From assembly GCF_006345805.1 (NCBI RefSeq), contig NC_043004.1, forward strand, positions 101,308,001 to 101,372,000: a stretch of DNA of 64,000 nt, given 5' to 3'. The notes under the pieces were generated by a model. That model was not told where the DNA came from, did not search any database, and saw nothing but the letters and a program-made list of their open reading frames with translations. Numbering within the stretch: position 1 is the first letter of the stretch; each line of letters opens with the position of its first letter. Source of the DNA: Octopus sinensis (lineage: Eukaryota). A program made the translations under genes and the position numbers. Shown here piece by piece: positions 60,600 through 64,000 of the stretch.

Positions 60600-60995
60600 T
60601 ACAGATGTATATAAGTATGTGTGTATGTATGGATATATAAATATGTGTATGTATGGATATATAAATATGCGTATGTATGGATATATAAGTATGTGTGTGT
60701 ATGGATATATATGTATATGTATGGATATATAAGTATGTGTATATGTATGGATATATAAGTATGTGTATATGTATGGATAAATAAGTATGTGTATATGTAT
60801 GGATAAATAAGTATGTGTATATGTATGGATAAATAAGTATGTGTATATGTATGGATATATAAGTATGTCTGTATGTATGAATATATAAGTATGTCTGTAT
60901 GTATGAATATATAAGTATGTCTGTATGTATGAATATATAAGTATGTCTATATGTATGGATACACAAGTATATGTGTATGTATGGATACACAAGTA
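60600..60995. repeat. 26-bp minisatellite (ATGGATATATAAGTATGTGTATATGT)n, roughly 14-15 units
   Basis: Regular period with blocks of adjacent variant units. Confidence 0.9.
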
Positions 60996-63900
60996 TGGAT
61001 ATTTAAGTAAATGTGTGTTTATGTATATGTCTGTATCTGTATAGTGTGTGTGTATGTGCGTGTGTGTAATCTGCACCAGAATTAATGTTGTTCATGTATA
61101 TGTATGTCATTGTTTTGTTGTTTTTATACTATTTTCATTATTCTTTTGATATGTGTTATTTCTACATATTTCTAGCAATTCAATTTTCATTCAGTTTATA
61201 CATGCAGCTTCTAGTTTTTCAGCTATGCATGACTATTTGTTATTACTTACTAATTGCACTTGGAATATTTTTTGCCCATCTATATACTGTTAACTGTGTC
61301 TTTAATCATAATATAATTAATATAATTTTTACATAATTCAACCCAATAACTGGTACCCAGCAGGAATGATGCAAAATTGTGCACAACACTGCTAAGGTGC
61401 ATTCTGTTAGCATGCTTGCATGTAGATATACCTCTAACTATGTTCAACACTTAAATATGTTGTTTGTTTTTTATTATCATACACACCCGAGTAGTTTACA
61501 CGATTAGAAGCCCCTTATACTGGATGCCCTTTGGTTAATAAGCAGATACAGAACTACCATTAATCATCCTAATTGAAAGAAATAATTATTGTTGTTGCTG
61601 TTTGCTTCAGATCTCCATTTTTTGTTTGTTTGTTTTTTGGGGTCTTTTTTTTATCCACTTTAGCTCCTAAATTCAGAACATTTGAATGTCTACTCCATTA
61701 TTTTGGAGTAGAAAAATGGTTCTTCCTTCTATATTTTGTTTTATTGTATTTGCATTTTTTTTTTTTAATATCCATGTCACTTTGTTTATTTGTAGTGAGA
61801 GAAAGTACTAGCCAAAAAAAAAAAATAAAATAAAAAAACAATAGCTGTGAATGCATATCAAATTTTTGGAGAAGCTAAAACAAAATGATGAAACAAACAC
61901 ATACTGATAAGCATAAACACAAACTTACACAGCAACATTAACAACAACACCTTCAACAACAGCAGTAATTTACCCCTTTGCTAATGTTGCCAACCAAAAG
62001 GAAACCCTAGACTGAACAAGGGTTGCATTACAAAAGAGAGTACCTCCTTGCCCAACAAATTTATCCTAGAATGCATAAGGAAGACAATAATAATATTTCA
62101 CTTTCCAAAGTATGGAGATCTCTATATTCCCTCCAAAAAGGAGTTGGAGAAAGTCCTGACTGGTACGCGACAAGATGATTGCTCCATCAACTAGAGTAGC
62201 TGTTTGGCAGTGTGTGCCTGAAAATGAGGCAAGGAGAGGGAGCTGATGCCCCACACTTCTGTTCTCTGACTGATGCTGTTGTATATGGATAAAAGAAATA
62301 TGAAGATCAAAGCCCCCAAAAATATTTATAGTGACATCGACCCTTACTTTCTGATCTCTTTTGTGAGACACTATAATCTGTTTGTGCATACAGAGGTGAT
62401 GTATATGTTTGGGTGAGAACTTCTAAGAATATCTTCAGTCTGATGACTCCTAAGGACCCTTGAGAGTGTGAAGATGAGGTCAATGAGATTGGTGTTGCAA
62501 AGCAATGGCTCAGTTGCTACATATGTAGTAAAGGCCACTTGAGGGCCTACATCTCAGATAAAGGGAAGACAACATCAGAGGTGGCAGCTTTTGTTATTGA
62601 TGTTTCCAGAGCACCATTTATCAAAGGTCTGAGAATAGCCACAGTGGAATTAAACAAAATTACCTCATCCTCATTGCCACCAACACCAGGACCCAGTGAA
62701 GACTGAAAAATGAGGTCACATCCATTCGGCACAGGACTAGCCAGAGTTTATGAGATGTATATTATCCATCATCTTTTGTAAATGAGATAGAGACTTGAGA
62801 AAAGAGTGAAACTGTTGGGATAATAAAGGAGTAAACTGATGTTTGTTAAACTTTGTAACCTGATGAAAATACAGGATGAATTTTTTTTTTAATTTACAAG
62901 AGGAATATTATGCTGATTGAGATGTGGAAAGGCTATAAGATGTAGCTTTTAGTACAAAACAAAACAAAAAGCAACATCACAGTTTTATATATATATAGCT
63001 AACGAGCTACAAGATGTAGAAGGCTTTATGCTTCACGAAAAACTTGAAGATGCTCATGGGCAAATGTTGAGGACTCGCTTACCAGAAAGTAATCCAGGTC
63101 AAGGTGGCTCAGAATCATGAGATGCCCAGATCCTAGCCAAGGGATGCCTTCTTGTTCCTGTGTCAGTGGCTTGCTCTTCTATGTAGACTTTGTATACCAA
63201 ATTTTGAATCAGCCTTACTACTTTAAGTTTTACCCATAACCACACACACACACATCCCTACATGTTTAGTAACCTCTTTTGTATAGCAAGTTCTGTATTG
63301 AATGTATGGGTCTTTGTGTCTAATAAGTAAAGGATTATCATTATAGGCCCTGGACAACATTAGAAATAATTATTGGTGGGGATTTATGCTTATGTTAAAA
63401 AGTATTGCTATTAATGGGTACCATTGAGAAGTGTTGAATGTTTTAGCAAAACATAAGTCTCAGTTGGTTTCACTATTCAATTGGAATTGTTTTACTTTCC
63501 AAAAGTTAGCTAAACAATAACCTTGAGCAAGGTATGAATGTGGCAGCATCACATCTATTATCTCTATGACCCTTATTTGTAAAGAAAAGAAAAGAAATCC
63601 GTAGAAATAATTGCTAAGGTAGTAGAATACATGACAGAATACTAACAAGTTTGATAACTGTATCAGCTTTTGGTGGCTGTGATGGTTGACATGTCACCTA
63701 ACAATGTCTGTTTCATTTTGTGGCGTTAAAGACAAACTCTGTTTTCACACTAAGAGGCTATCTAAAGAAAAGATAAATATGTGATGAACATATTTAAGTG
63801 AGCACTTATAGCTATCTGACTCCCATATAGATTCCTCTTGGAAAGGCATGAACATCATATAACGTATCCCTCTATGTATGAATTATAGTCAGAAATCATT

Positions 63901-64000
63901 GATTTTTTTATACAATATTACAGAAACCAAACTGGATATGCCATGTTCTCTAGAATTTGGTATCACTAATTCTAATTTCTAGATTTCTCGTTGGCAGTCA

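Noticed and set aside
60181-64000. Search for TM6/TM7 exons (expected W..GA..LL.LLGLTW pattern)
   Set aside because: No matching frame with splice sites was found by eye; these exons are presumed to lie beyond the window.

Overview
AT-rich, repeat-dense animal genomic DNA. The SINE/MITE repertoire resembles what I recall for Octopus; this is an inference, not a database result. The window holds most of one + strand gene, a latrophilin-type adhesion GPCR (ADGRL/Cirl-like). I reconstruct 17 exons between 6093 and 60180 (2455 nt). All have GT-AG sites and consistent phases, giving one open frame: Ig I-set domain, Thr/Ser mucin stalk, HormR, GAIN/GPS (CNHL|TSFAVLM), TM1-TM5 and a candidate ICL3 cassette exon. 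I could not find the start/signal-peptide exon or the TM6-TM7/C-tail exons; they probably lie outside the window. The introns carry at least five SINE families, CR1, RTE and CRE-clade LINE remnants, an internally deleted mariner, piggyBac-, Tc1- and Helitron-like MITEs, several long fold-back hairpins, and mini/microsatellites. Best leads: an Ig domain on a latrophilin core; a symmetric Ser-rich ICL3 exon isolated by an 11.3-kb intron; a weak donor after the GPS exon whose read-through adds a hydrophobic tail; a 75-aa acidic insertion in GAIN; and intronic hairpins that are candidate ADAR substrates.
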